Counted from the first letter of the stretch, positions 10,098 through 19,890 are shown. The stretch is DNA of 64,000 nt from Candidatus Limnocylindrales bacterium (GCA_035632635.1 DASQGL010000068.1:10895-74894), one strand, 5' to 3'. Numbers and translations: made by a program. The notes: a model not told the origin generated them from the sequence alone.

Positions 10098-10274
10098 ATG
10101 GCCCTCCCCAAGACTCGCTACGCCCATGCGCGCCAGGGCGAACGCCGCGCCCACCTGGCGTTGAAGCGCCCGCGACTCGTCGACTGCCCGCAGTGCCATC
10201 GGCCGAAGCGGCCGCACACGATCTGCCGGAACTGCGGGTATTACGACGGTCGCGAGGTCATCAAGACCGACTAG
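10098..10274 (+). CDS. rpmF: 50S ribosomal protein L32
   Basis: 58 aa, below the ORF-track size cutoff: MALPKTRYAHARQGERRAHLALKRPRLVDCPQCHRPKRPHTICRNCGYYDGREVIKTD. A TATAAT hexamer sits 8 nt upstream of the ATG. Confidence 0.85.
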   Translation: MALPKTRYAHARQGERRAHLALKRPRLVDCPQCHRPKRPHTICRNCGYYDGREVIKTD

Positions 10275-10331
10275 CCGGATCCCGCCACGGTCGCCTTCCT
10301 GTTTCCGGGTCAGGGCGCCCAGTTCGTCGGG

Positions 10332-11216
10332 ATGGCGCGCGACCTGATCGAGCAGGACCCAGACGCCGCCGCGCTGCTGGCTGCGGCAGAATCCCGAATT
10401 CAGCTCCCGCTGCGCCGGCTCATGCTCGAGGGACCGGAGGAGCTGCTCCAGCGGACCGAGCACGCGCAGCCGGCGATCGTCTTCCACTCTCTGGCCCTGC
10501 TCGCCAGGCTGACCGCCGCGGGATGCCGGCCGGATGCCGTCGCCGGGCACAGCCTGGGAGAGTTCGCCGCGCTCGACGCCGCCGGCGGACTCGAGGCGCT
10601 GCCGGCGATCGAGGCGGTCGCGGCGCGCGGCCGGGCGATGGCGGCGGCGAGTTCCCCGGGCAGCGGCATGGCGGCCGTGCTCGGCCTGCCCGACGAGGTC
10701 GTCGAGCAGATCCTGGCCGGGCAGGCCGGTCACGACCTCGTGGTGGCCGCGAACTTCAACGCACCGGGGCAGGTCGTCATCTCGGGGACGGACGCCGGGA
10801 TCCGGGCGGTGACGCCGGCGCTCGAGAGGGCGGGTGCCAAGCGGATCCTGCGGCTCTCGGTCAGCGCCGCGTTCCACTCGCCCCTGATGGAGCAGGCCGC
10901 CTCGGCCTTCCGGCAGGCCTGGGCGGGGATCCCCCTCGTCCGGCTGACGGTTCCCCAGGTCTTCAACGCGGATGCGCAGGTTCACAAGGAGGCCGCGGAA
11001 GTCCGCGACCTGCTGGTCCGCCAGCTCACCGGACCGGTCCGCTGGACCGCCTGCGTCAGGCGGCTGTGGGGGCTGGGCGTGCGGACCTTCGTCGAAATCG
11101 GCCCCAAGCGGACGCTCACCCCGCTGGTCAAGAAGATCGAGCCCGCGGCGTCCACCTACAACGTCGAGGACCTGCACAGCCTGGACGCATTCGTGGAGAT
11201 GGCCCGTGCCAGCTGA
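10332..11216 (+). CDS. fabD: Malonyl-CoA:ACP transacylase. 10332 is the first canonical start; the conserved N-terminus begins about 10287.
   Basis: GHSLGEFAA active-site motif. The VAFLFPGQGAQ motif lies upstream of the ATG, in frame with and directly after the rpmF TAG stop. Confidence 0.85.
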   Translation: MARDLIEQDPDAAALLAAAESRIQLPLRRLMLEGPEELLQRTEHAQPAIVFHSLALLARLTAAGCRPDAVAGHSLGEFAALDAAGGLEALPAIEAVAARGRAMAAASSPGSGMAAVLGLPDEVVEQILAGQAGHDLVVAANFNAPGQVVISGTDAGIRAVTPALERAGAKRILRLSVSAAFHSPLMEQAASAFRQAWAGIPLVRLTVPQVFNADAQVHKEAAEVRDLLVRQLTGPVRWTACVRRLWGLGVRTFVEIGPKRTLTPLVKKIEPAASTYNVEDLHSLDAFVEMARAS

Positions 11217-11958
11217 GCCGCTCCATGGCCAGGTCGCGCTCGTCACCGGGGCGAGCCGGGGTATCGGGCGTGCCATCGCCCTCGCGCTCGCCGCGGCCGG
11301 GTCCAACGTCGCGATCGGCTATCGAAGCCGCGCCGATGAGGCCGAGCGCGTGTTGCGGCAGGTGGCGGAGCTGGGCCGGGAGGCCATCATCCTGCCCGGC
11401 GACGTCGCCGATCCGGTGGTCCCGGCCGCGCTGGTGGAAGCGGCGGTCAAGCGGTGGGGGCGGCTCGACGTGCTGGTCAACAACGCCGGCATCACGCGCG
11501 ACAACCTGGTCATGCGGATGAGCGAGGCCGACTGGGACGCGGTGATCGCGACCAACCTCAAGGCGCCGTTTCTGGCCTGCAAGGCGGCGCTGAGGCCCAT
11601 GCTCAAGCAGCGCTATGGCCGGATCGTCAACGTGTCCTCACTGGCGGGGGTGGCCGGCAACGCGGGGCAGGCGAATTACAGCGCGGCCAAGGCCGGCTTG
11701 ATCGGCCTGACGCGGGCGCTCGCCCGCGAGGTCGGCTCCCGCAACATCACGGTCAACGCGGTCGCCCCCGGATTCATCGAGACCGAGATCCTGAGTGGGC
11801 TGCCGGCCGACATCCTGGAGCGGGCCAGGCAGGCCGCCGCCATCCCCCGGCTGGGCACCCCCGAGGACGTGGCCCACGCCGTCCTCTTCCTGGCCTCGCC
11901 GCAGGCGTCCTACATTACGGGCCAGGTGCTCGGGATCGACGGCGGGCTCCCGATGTGA
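11206..11958 (+). CDS. fabG: 3-oxoacyl-ACP reductase
   Basis: GTG at 11206 gives (M)[20 protein letters not shown], plus NAG and YSAAK SDR motifs. Overlaps the fabD stop by 11 nt. Confidence 0.85.
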   Translation: MPAEPLHGQVALVTGASRGIGRAIALALAAAGSNVAIGYRSRADEAERVLRQVAELGREAIILPGDVADPVVPAALVEAAVKRWGRLDVLVNNAGITRDNLVMRMSEADWDAVIATNLKAPFLACKAALRPMLKQRYGRIVNVSSLAGVAGNAGQANYSAAKAGLIGLTRALAREVGSRNITVNAVAPGFIETEILSGLPADILERARQAAAIPRLGTPEDVAHAVLFLASPQASYITGQVLGIDGGLPM

Positions 11959-12008
11959 GGGAGTCCAGCAGCTTTCGCCCCGGTGCTCGCGAGCGCCTGC
12001 GCCCCCGC

Positions 12009-12014
12009 TACAAT
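12009..12014 (+). promoter_or_regulatory. TACAAT -10 candidate for an internal acpP promoter
   Basis: Lies 32 nt upstream of the acpP ATG and is followed by an AAGGGG SD. Confidence 0.3.
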
Positions 12015-12046
12015 CGTTCCGCGCCATCAAACGAAAGGGGATCGGC

Positions 12047-12295
12047 ATGGACGGAAGCAATTACGAGAAGTTCAAGGGCATCGTCGCCGAGCAGCTCGGC
12101 GTCGAGCCCGAGCAGGTCACGCCCGACGCATCGTTCGTAGACGACTTGAACGCCGACTCGCTCGATCTCGTCGAGCTGATCATGGCGTTCGAGGAAGAAT
12201 ACAGTTTGGAGATCTCTGACGAGGACGCCGAAAAGATTCAGACCGTCGGGCAAGCCTGGGACTACGTCCAGGAAAAGCTCGGCATCACCACCTAA
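12047..12295 (+). CDS. acpP: Acyl carrier protein
   Basis: 82 aa with the [11 protein letters not shown] (DSL) motif. SD AAGGGG 7 nt upstream and a TACAAT -10 at 12009. Confidence 0.92.
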   Translation: MDGSNYEKFKGIVAEQLGVEPEQVTPDASFVDDLNADSLDLVELIMAFEEEYSLEISDEDAEKIQTVGQAWDYVQEKLGITT

Positions 12296-12464
12296 GTCAC
12301 CGAAGCCGCCCGCGGCCGAGGGAGAAGACCCGCTCGCCAATCTGCAGCGAACGCTGAGGGTCCGCTTCCACGACCAGTCGCTGCTGCGGCAGGCGCTGAC
12401 GCATCGTTCCTACAACAACGAGCATCCGGAGAGCGGGCTCCAGGACAATGAGCGCCTCGAGTAC

Positions 12465-13067
12465 TTGGGAGACGCCGTGCTCGAGCTGATCGCGGCCGAG
12501 CACCTGTTTCACACCTACCAGACGTCTGACGAGGGCGAACTGACCCGGCTCCGGGCCTCGGTTGTCAACACGAAGAGCCTGGCGCGCCTCGCGTCCCGGT
12601 TGAGCCTGGGTGACTACCTGCTGCTCGGCAAGGGCGCCCACAAGACGGGCGCGCGATCGCTGCAGTCGATCCTGGCGAACACGTTCGAGGCGGTCATCGG
12701 CGCCATCTTCCTCGACCAGGGGTACCGCTCCGCCTACCGCCTGTTCAGCCGGAGCCTGATCGATGTCCAGGCCTGGCCGGATGACAACTACAAGGGCAGG
12801 CTGCAGGAGGTGACCCAGGAGCGGTTCCTGACGACCCCGCAGTACGACATCGTCTCCGCCTCCGGCCCGGGGCACCGCCGCGAGTACGTGGCCGAGGTCA
12901 CCTTCGGCGGCGCGACCCAGGGTACCGGCCGGGGCCGGACCAAGCGCGCGGCCGAGCAGCTGGCGGCGCGCGAGGCGCTCGCCGGCCTGGGTGCGCTGGA
13001 GCCGGTGCCGCACACGGCCGATGACGCGGTCCTCGACGCGGTCGCCGGCCAACCCGCTCGGAGTTAG
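12465..13067 (+). CDS. rnc: Ribonuclease III. 12465 (TTG) is the first canonical start; the true N-terminus is upstream, about 12342–12351.
   Basis: The ERLEYLGDA signature and dsRBD are present. The conserved FHDQSLLRQALTHRSY...ERLEY is encoded upstream of the TTG, with no canonical start between the TGA at 12177 and 12465. Confidence 0.85.
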   Translation: MGDAVLELIAAEHLFHTYQTSDEGELTRLRASVVNTKSLARLASRLSLGDYLLLGKGAHKTGARSLQSILANTFEAVIGAIFLDQGYRSAYRLFSRSLIDVQAWPDDNYKGRLQEVTQERFLTTPQYDIVSASGPGHRREYVAEVTFGGATQGTGRGRTKRAAEQLAAREALAGLGALEPVPHTADDAVLDAVAGQPARS

Positions 13068-13317
13068 CCGGTCGCGCGAGTGAGCCGTGCGAGCCGCGCT
13101 TTCGCGCGAGCAGCGCCGGCGCGGGAGGAGCGAGGCGCGGGGCAGGCGAGCGGCGTCACCGGTTGGCGGCGAGCGCCTCGCGGAGCTCCGGACGCGCCAT
13201 GGCGCGGATAGGTTGTGCTTTAATGCACGCGTGACCCGCGCCGCGGTCCACGCTCACGTTTTCAATGGCGCGATGGCTGAGCACGAGCTCGCCTCCTGGA
13301 TGACCCTTCATCGATAG

Positions 13318-16300
13318 ATGTATCTGAAGTCCATCCGCGTCCAGGGCTTCAAGACCTTCGCCCGTCGCACCGACCTGCCATTCAGTCGGGGCATCACGGC
13401 GATCGTGGGTCCGAACGGCAGCGGGAAATCCAACCTGGTCGACGCCATCCGCTGGGCGCTCGGTGAGCGCAATGCGCGCGGGCTGCGGGGCCACCGGATG
13501 GAAGACGTGATCTACGCCGGCGGTCCGGGGAAGTCCGCGGTCGGCATGGCCGAAGTCACACTCCTGATCGACAACGCGGACCAGCGGCTGAACGTCGAGT
13601 TCACCGAGGTCGAGGTGGCCCGCCGCCTCTACCGCTCGGGCGAGAGCGAATACCTGGTCAACGGCGCCCGCGCCCGGCTGCGCGACATCGATGCCTTGCT
13701 CGCGTCAACCGGCCTGCGGCAGGACGGCTACGCGGTCACGGCGCAAAACGACATCGACTACGTCATCCAGGCGGCCCCCGCCGTGCGCCGCGAGCTGATC
13801 GAGGAAGCCGCCGGCGTCCGGCGCCTGCGCGACCAGCGTCAGGAGGCGGTCACCCGGCTCGCCGAGGCCGAGCGCGACATGCGTCGGGCCCGCGACCTGC
13901 TCGAGGAGCTGACGCCGCGGGCGCAGGAGTTGCGCGCCCAGGCGCTGGCGGCGCAGGAGTACCAGGCGACCGCCGAGCAGCTCAAGGCGCTTCAGGGCAG
14001 CCTGTTGAAAGACGCCTGGCGCAAGGCGATGGTGCAGCTCCGGCGGGCGCGAAGCCGGGAACAGTCGGCCGCGTTCAAGCAGGCCGAGGCCGCCGCCGCG
14101 CTTGCGGACTTCGAACCGCGCTACGCCGAGCATCGCGACGCCCTCCTGCGTGCCCGCGAGGCGCGCTGGAGCCATCAGCAGGGGCTCGCGGAGAGCCGCC
14201 TTCGCCTGGCCGAAAGCGAGCACCAGGTCCGGATCGCCGACGAGCGGGCGCAAGCGGTGGCGCAGGCCCTGCAGGTCGCCCATCAGGAGCTCGAACGGCT
14301 GACCGCGTCGGAGCGGGCCGGGAGTCGGGTCGTCGAGGAGCTGGAACGCTCGGTCGACGCCCTGCGTGAGCAGCTCGAGGCCGCGCGCGCCGCGGCCGCG
14401 GCCGGACTCATGGACGAGAGCCGGTCGGCCGCGTCGCACCGGCGGCTGGAGGACGTGCGAGCCGAGCTGCTGCGGCGCCGCCAGGACCTCCACCGGGAGC
14501 GGCTGGCGATGCAGGCTGAGAGCCGCCAGCTGGAAGGGCGGAGCCTGTTCCTGCACGAGCAGCGGCAGAACCTGCTGGACGAGATCCAGGCATGGGCCCA
14601 ACGCCAGGACGAGCTCGAGCGTGAGCTCGAAGACCGCGCCCGCGCCGTCGAGGGGGTCCAGGAGGATCTGCGGCGCCGCCGGCTTCACCTGGATCAGCTC
14701 GAGCGGCGGCTCGACGAGGAGACCGTGGCGTACACGGAGCTGGAGCGCGAGGCCGCGGAGAGCGGCGCGCAGCGCCAGGCGCGTGAGGCGGAGGTCGGCG
14801 GCCTGCGGCTGCTCCAGGAGCGCATGCAGCAGGCCAGCCCGCTCGGCGAGCGCGCCGGTGCGCAGCTCCGCCGCCTGGTCGAGATGCTGGCGGTTCAGCC
14901 ACCCCATCGGGCGGCGGTCGAGGCCGTGCTCGAGGGACTCCTCTCCGGATGGGTCACCGCGGATCCGGTGGTGGTCGACTGGGCGGTCGGCCTGATCGCC
15001 TCCACCGAGGGGCCGCGCGAGACGGTGCTCTTCGATCCTGGGTGGGCGCGCGACCTCGGCGTGCCCCCCGGTCTGCGCAGCCTGCGATCCGTGATCGAGG
15101 CGCCGCCTTCGCTCGATGCGCTGCTCAGCCACCTGCTCGAGCGGGTCGTCCTGGTCGACAGCCTGGCTGAGGCCCGCGCCGTCCTGCAGGCAGCGCCCGA
15201 GCTCCAGGCCGTGACCGTCGACGGGGAGCTGCTCACGGCATGGTGCTATCGCGGTGGTCGCACCGATCGGGCTCCGCTGCAGGCGCACGCCCAGCTCCGT
15301 GAAGCCGAAGACGCCTGGCGACAGGCCGTCGCGGCCGACGAGCAGGCGCGCCGGCGGCTCGATGCCGCCCGGGTGGCGCTGGAGATGGTTCGAGGCGAAC
15401 GCGCCGCAGCGGCGGCGGAGCTGGATCGCGAGCGCGGCCACCACGGCGAGCTGGCCGGCCGGCTGGCCGCCGTGCGCGCGGCCGCCGAGCGCGATGCCGA
15501 GCAGGGACGGCGGCTCGAGGACCAGCTGAACCGCATCGCCACGCTGGTGGAGCAGACGGAAGGCGCGCTCGCCGAGGTCCGCCGCCGGCAGGACGAGGCG
15601 GCGCGCTCCGAGGAGGCGAGCGTTGAGGAGCTCCCGCTCATCGAGTCGGCCCTCGAGGCCGCCGCGGCCGAGCTCGCGCAAACGCTGAAGAGACGTCAGG
15701 ACCTGGAGCTGCGCGCCGCGCTGCTGGACCAGCGCCAGGACGATCTGCTTCGACAGCTGGGCCGGGCGCAGGAGGTCTGGCGCTCGCACGGCGACGACCT
15801 GGCCCAGCGCGCGGCCGCCGCGGCCGAGCTGGAGGCGCAGCCGGCGCGGCTCACGGAGGATCGCGCCGCCTCGATCCGGCGGCTCGAGGAGGCCCGGCTC
15901 GAGCTGGCGGCGCTGGACGCGGTGCCCCTGCCCGACGCGAGCGCGCTGTCCGCCATGGAGGCCCAGGTTCGCGAGGATGAGCAGCGCAACGTGAGCCTCC
16001 AGGTGGAATGCGCCCACACGGATGATGCGCTCTCCGCGGCCAGGGTCGAGGTCGAGACCGCGCAAGCGGAGGTGGATCGCTGCGCCCACGCGCTCCGCGA
16101 GGATCCACAGGCGCTGAGCGAGGAGGACGCGGGCGCCGAGGTCGACTGGCAGAAGACCGAGCGCGAGGTATCTCGCCTGCAGCGGCGGCTCGATGCCATG
16201 GGAGCCGTCAACCTGCTGGCGCCCGAGGAATACGCGCAGGTCAACGACCGCTGCCAGAGTCTGCAGAGCCAGCTCGACGATCTCGAGGCCGCCGCGACTC

Positions 16301-16833
16301 AGCTCGTCGAGCTGCGCAAGCGCCTCGAGCACGAGATCGATGAGCGGTTCCGCACCGTCTTCCAGTCGGTGGCCATCAACTTCCAGGAGTTCTTCGGCGA
16401 GCTCTTCCCGGGTGGGCGGGCGACGCTGCGGCTCGAGGATCAGGTCGAAGATCCGCTGGATGAAGGGGTTGAGATCCTGGCACAGACCCCCGGCAAGCGG
16501 CTGCAGCCGCTGACCCTGCTCTCGGGTGGGGAGCGGGCGCTCACCGCGCTTGCCTTCCTGTTCGCGCTGCAGGCGGTGAATCCGAGCCCGTTCTACGTGC
16601 TCGACGAGGTGGACGCCGCGCTCGACGATGCCAATGTGGTCCGGTTCAACCGGGTGCTGAGCCGGCTCGCGCGCGACCAGCAGTTCCTGGTGGTCACCCA
16701 CAATCACTCCACGATGGCGCAGGCGGAAGTCCTCTACGGGGTGACCCTGGGCGAGCACGGCGTCTCGCGCATCGTCTCGGTCCGGCTGCAGCAGGACGAG
16801 GCCGTCCCGCGGCTCAGTGAACGCAGCGCCTGA
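13318..16833 (+). CDS. smc: Chromosome segregation protein SMC
   Basis: 1171 aa. N-terminal Walker A (GPNGSGKSN), long coiled coils, hinge, and a C-terminal LSGGE signature. Confidence 0.95.
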   Translation: MYLKSIRVQGFKTFARRTDLPFSRGITAIVGPNGSGKSNLVDAIRWALGERNARGLRGHRMEDVIYAGGPGKSAVGMAEVTLLIDNADQRLNVEFTEVEVARRLYRSGESEYLVNGARARLRDIDALLASTGLRQDGYAVTAQNDIDYVIQAAPAVRRELIEEAAGVRRLRDQRQEAVTRLAEAERDMRRARDLLEELTPRAQELRAQALAAQEYQATAEQLKALQGSLLKDAWRKAMVQLRRARSREQSAAFKQAEAAAALADFEPRYAEHRDALLRAREARWSHQQGLAESRLRLAESEHQVRIADERAQAVAQALQVAHQELERLTASERAGSRVVEELERSVDALREQLEAARAAAAAGLMDESRSAASHRRLEDVRAELLRRRQDLHRERLAMQAESRQLEGRSLFLHEQRQNLLDEIQAWAQRQDELERELEDRARAVEGVQEDLRRRRLHLDQLERRLDEETVAYTELEREAAESGAQRQAREAEVGGLRLLQERMQQASPLGERAGAQLRRLVEMLAVQPPHRAAVEAVLEGLLSGWVTADPVVVDWAVGLIASTEGPRETVLFDPGWARDLGVPPGLRSLRSVIEAPPSLDALLSHLLERVVLVDSLAEARAVLQAAPELQAVTVDGELLTAWCYRGGRTDRAPLQAHAQLREAEDAWRQAVAADEQARRRLDAARVALEMVRGERAAAAAELDRERGHHGELAGRLAAVRAAAERDAEQGRRLEDQLNRIATLVEQTEGALAEVRRRQDEAARSEEASVEELPLIESALEAAAAELAQTLKRRQDLELRAALLDQRQDDLLRQLGRAQEVWRSHGDDLAQRAAAAAELEAQPARLTEDRAASIRRLEEARLELAALDAVPLPDASALSAMEAQVREDEQRNVSLQVECAHTDDALSAARVEVETAQAEVDRCAHALREDPQALSEEDAGAEVDWQKTEREVSRLQRRLDAMGAVNLLAPEEYAQVNDRCQSLQSQLDDLEAAATQLVELRKRLEHEIDERFRTVFQSVAINFQEFFGELFPGGRATLRLEDQVEDPLDEGVEILAQTPGKRLQPLTLLSGGERALTALAFLFALQAVNPSPFYVLDEVDAALDDANVVRFNRVLSRLARDQQFLVVTHNHSTMAQAEVLYGVTLGEHGVSRIVSVRLQQDEAVPRLSERSA

Positions 16834-17773
16834 GGCCGCCTCCGAAAAGCCAAAAAGCGGCTTCTGGAGGCGTTTCGGCGAGAGCCTCGAAGCCGGGCGG
16901 CGTGCCTACGTCGCCGATCTCAAGGAGGTCTTCGGGCGTCCGGCGCTGGATCCAGGCTTCTGGGACGACCTGGAGGCGACGCTGCTCGCCGCTGATTGCG
17001 GCGTGCCGGTCAGCACCCGCGTGGTGGAACAGCTGCGGGCCGAGGCGGCCGGCGCCCATCTCCGCACCCCGCAGGACGCGCTCGTCTACCTGAAGCAGAC
17101 GCTGGCCGCGCAGATGGCGCCACGCTTAAGGCAGCTCACCCTGGACGGGCAGCCGTCGGTGATCCTCGTGGTCGGCGTCAACGGATCGGGCAAGACGACC
17201 ACGATCGGCAAGCTCGCCTACTGGCTGCGCGCGCGCGGCCACACGCCGCTGCTCGCCGCCGCGGACACGTACCGTGCCGCCGCTATCGACCAGCTGCGGC
17301 TCTGGGCGCAGCGGGCCGGCGTGGAGATCGTCGCGCACCAGCCGGGCGCCGATCCCGGGGCGGTCGCCTTCGACGCCGTGGAGGCGGCCCGGGCACGCCA
17401 CGCGGACGTCGTCCTCGTGGATACCGCCGGACGGCTGCACACCCGCACGGATCTGATGGACGAGCTGCGCAAGGTGCGGCGCGTTGTTCAACGCCTCGAT
17501 CCGAAGGCGCCCCAGGAGGTGCTGGCGGTGCTCGACGCCCATGTCGGCCAGAACTCGGCCCAGCAGGTCAAGGTCTTCGCCGACGCGATCGGGCTCACCG
17601 GCGTGGTGGTGACCAAGCTGGACGGCAGCGCTCGGGCGGGGGTCGTCCTGAGCATCGAGGAAGATCTCGGCGTGCCGACTAAACTGGTGGGGATCGGCGA
17701 AGACCTCGAGGACCTGGACGCCTTCGAACCCGTTGAGTACCTGGACGCGCTCTTGCGCATGGAGGGGAGATGA
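16817..17773 (+). CDS. ftsY: Signal recognition particle receptor FtsY
   Basis: NG domain with [20 protein letters not shown] and TKLDG motifs. Confidence 0.9.
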   Translation: MNAAPEAASEKPKSGFWRRFGESLEAGRRAYVADLKEVFGRPALDPGFWDDLEATLLAADCGVPVSTRVVEQLRAEAAGAHLRTPQDALVYLKQTLAAQMAPRLRQLTLDGQPSVILVVGVNGSGKTTTIGKLAYWLRARGHTPLLAAADTYRAAAIDQLRLWAQRAGVEIVAHQPGADPGAVAFDAVEAARARHADVVLVDTAGRLHTRTDLMDELRKVRRVVQRLDPKAPQEVLAVLDAHVGQNSAQQVKVFADAIGLTGVVVTKLDGSARAGVVLSIEEDLGVPTKLVGIGEDLEDLDAFEPVEYLDALLRMEGR

Positions 17774-18039
17774 AGCCGCCGAAGACGAATGGGGCGTTCG
17801 TCAAGCTGGTGACCGCAAGCGGGATGGCGGAAGCCGACCTGTGGAAGGCCGTACTCGAATCCGCCGGCATCACGGTCTTCTACCGCGACGAAGCCCTGGG
17901 CTCGCTGCTCGGGGTGACGTCCGACACGCTCGGCGAGGTCGATCTCTGGGTTCCCCGGGAGGATGCGGCCCGGGCGCTCGAGGTCCTCCAGGACGAGCGG
18001 ATCGATGCCGGCGCGGACGAGGAGGGGACCGAGGGCTGA
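17770..18039 (+). CDS. DUF2007-like small protein (putative signal-transducing, PII-like fold)
   Basis: 89 aa, 4-nt overlap with ftsY. Predicted βαββα-type pattern. Confidence 0.45.
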   Translation: MKPPKTNGAFVKLVTASGMAEADLWKAVLESAGITVFYRDEALGSLLGVTSDTLGEVDLWVPREDAARALEVLQDERIDAGADEEGTEG

Positions 18040-18182
18040 CCGTCCTGCTGTACGGGCTCGTGGTGATCGCCGGGCTGGTCGCGCTGGCCGTGGGCGTCGT
18101 GCTCCTCCTCTGGCTGATCCAGCTCGTGCTGGGCGCCGCCGAGCGCGGCGACTAGCGGCGTTCCCTATACTGTCAAGGAGTA

Positions 18183-18515
18183 ATGCTTGACAGAACGCGG
18201 CGCCATCAGCGCCGGCTGCGCCTGCTCGACCTGTACGGCTCCCTGCTGACGGATCATCAGCGGCGGATCCTCCACCTCGCCTGGGAAGAGGATTGGTCGT
18301 ACGGCGAGATCGCCGAGCGTGAGCAGGTCAGCCGCACGGCCATCTACGACCTCGTGCGCCGGACCGGGCTGACGCTCGAGACCTACGAGCGCAAGTTGCG
18401 GCTCGACCGGGAGCGCGCGCTGCGCGCCCGGTCGCTGGATCACCTGCGGCGGCGGCTCTCGACCCTGGAGCGGCAGGTCGGGGCGCTCCACCGCCTGATC
18501 GAGAAGACGGCGTAG
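18183..18515 (+). CDS. ylxM: YlxM/UPF0122 putative DNA-binding protein
   Basis: 110 aa with an HTH-like core (WSYGEIAEREQVSRTAIYD). Conserved position immediately upstream of ffh. TATACT -10 at 18166. Confidence 0.8.
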   Translation: MLDRTRRHQRRLRLLDLYGSLLTDHQRRILHLAWEEDWSYGEIAEREQVSRTAIYDLVRRTGLTLETYERKLRLDRERALRARSLDHLRRRLSTLERQVGALHRLIEKTA

Positions 18516-18527
18516 GGTGCCCGCCTG

Positions 18528-19877
18528 ATGTTCGACTCCCTGAGCGATCGCCTGAACCAGGCCTTCAAGAAGTTCACCGGCCGGGGCACCCTGAGCGAGG
18601 CCGACGTCGACGCCGGCCTGCGCGAGGTGCGCCTGGCGCTGCTCGAGGCCGACGTCAACTACAAGGTCGCGCGGGACTTCACGGCCAGGGTCCGCGACCG
18701 CGCGGTCGGGGCCGAGGTCATGGAGAGCCTGACCCCCGGCCAGCAGCTGGTCAAGATCGTGCACGAGGAAATGGTGGCCCTGCTCGGCAAGGACCGCGTC
18801 CCGCTGGCCTATGCGCCCTCCCCGCCGACCGTGATCGTGCTCGCGGGACTCCAGGGCTCGGGCAAGACGACGACCGCGGGCAAGCTGGCCCTCTACGTCC
18901 GCCGGGAAGGGCACCGTCCCTTGCTGGTCTCCACGGACGTGCGCCGGCCGGCGGCCATGGAGCAGCTTGAAGTCCTGGCCAGCAGCCTGGGGCTGCCCGC
19001 CTTCGCTCCCCGCGGCGAGACGGCGGTCGGCATCGCGCAGCGCTCGCTCGACGAGGCCCGTCGTGTCAACGCGGACGTCGTGCTGGTCGACACGGCCGGG
19101 CGCCTGCAGGTTGAGACGGAATTGCTCGACGAGCTCGCCGCGATCGTCGCCGCGGTTCCCAGCCGGCACCGGATCCTCGTCCTCGATGCGATGACCGGGC
19201 AGCAGGCGGTCGCCGTCACCACGGCCTTCAAGGCGAAGGTCCCCCTGACCGGGGCGATCCTGACCAAGGCGGATGGCGACGCCCGCGGCGGGGCCGCGCT
19301 CTCCCTGCGCGCGGTGACCGAGATCCCGATCCAGTTCGTCGGCGCCGGCGAGAAGCTGCAGGACCTCGAGCCCTTCTATCCGGACCGGATGGCCTCTCGC
19401 ATCCTCGGGATGGGCGACGTCATGACGCTGATCGAGAAGGCGCAGGAGCACGTCGACGAGCGCCAGGCTCGCGACATGGAGAAGCGGCTGCGCCAGGGTC
19501 GGCTCACGCTCACCGACTTCATGGAGCAGCTCAAGCAGGTCAAGAAGATGGGGCCGCTCGAGGGGCTGATCGGCATGCTGCCCGGCGCGGGCCGGGTCAA
19601 AGATCTCGCCGGCGCGCTCCCGGATGACGCTCAGCTCCGCCAGATGGAGGCGATCATCCTCTCCATGACTCCGCTCGAGCGGGAGCGGCCGGAGCTCATC
19701 GACGGCAGCCGCCGGCGGCGGATCGCGCGCGGGGCCGGGACGGATCTCGCGTCGGTCAACCGGCTGCTCAAGGGGTTCGCCCAGATGCAGCAGCTGATGA
19801 AACGGTTCGGCAAAGGCAAAGGCAGAGGCAAGGGTTTGCGGGGACTCCCGATCGACCCCGCGCAATTACTCAAGTGA
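18528..19877 (+). CDS. ffh: Signal recognition particle protein Ffh
   Basis: MFDSLSDRLNQAFKK N-terminus, GLQGSGKTTT, and an M-domain with a Gly/Met-rich tail. Confidence 0.95.
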   Translation: MFDSLSDRLNQAFKKFTGRGTLSEADVDAGLREVRLALLEADVNYKVARDFTARVRDRAVGAEVMESLTPGQQLVKIVHEEMVALLGKDRVPLAYAPSPPTVIVLAGLQGSGKTTTAGKLALYVRREGHRPLLVSTDVRRPAAMEQLEVLASSLGLPAFAPRGETAVGIAQRSLDEARRVNADVVLVDTAGRLQVETELLDELAAIVAAVPSRHRILVLDAMTGQQAVAVTTAFKAKVPLTGAILTKADGDARGGAALSLRAVTEIPIQFVGAGEKLQDLEPFYPDRMASRILGMGDVMTLIEKAQEHVDERQARDMEKRLRQGRLTLTDFMEQLKQVKKMGPLEGLIGMLPGAGRVKDLAGALPDDAQLRQMEAIILSMTPLERERPELIDGSRRRRIARGAGTDLASVNRLLKGFAQMQQLMKRFGKGKGRGKGLRGLPIDPAQLLK

Positions 19878-19890
19878 CGAAGGAGGGTAC

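Noticed and set aside
8322-11306. 994-aa minus-strand ORF, plus similar giant antisense ORFs at 13705–16758 (−), 34576–36993 (−), 37839–40763 (−), 50496–52634 (−), 5339–7084 (−) and 42597–44318 (−)
   Set aside because: All are R/G/P/A-rich and low complexity, and they lie antisense to well-supported conserved genes (smc, relA, alaS, recG and others). This is the typical stop-codon-poor antisense frame of high-GC DNA, with no recognisable domains.
10193-11521. 442-aa + ORF spanning rpmF–fabD–fabG in an alternate frame; similar same-strand alternate-frame ORFs at 5377–7302, 608–1264, 36941–38137 and 46578–47225
   Set aside because: Arg/Pro/Gly-rich translations that overlap genes with clear motifs in another frame. 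These are frame artefacts.
13087-13494. Small ORFs in the rnc–smc spacer (76 aa + and 112 aa −)
   Set aside because: Low-complexity Arg/Ala-rich translations without RBS or conservation signals. The spacer is treated as regulatory DNA instead.
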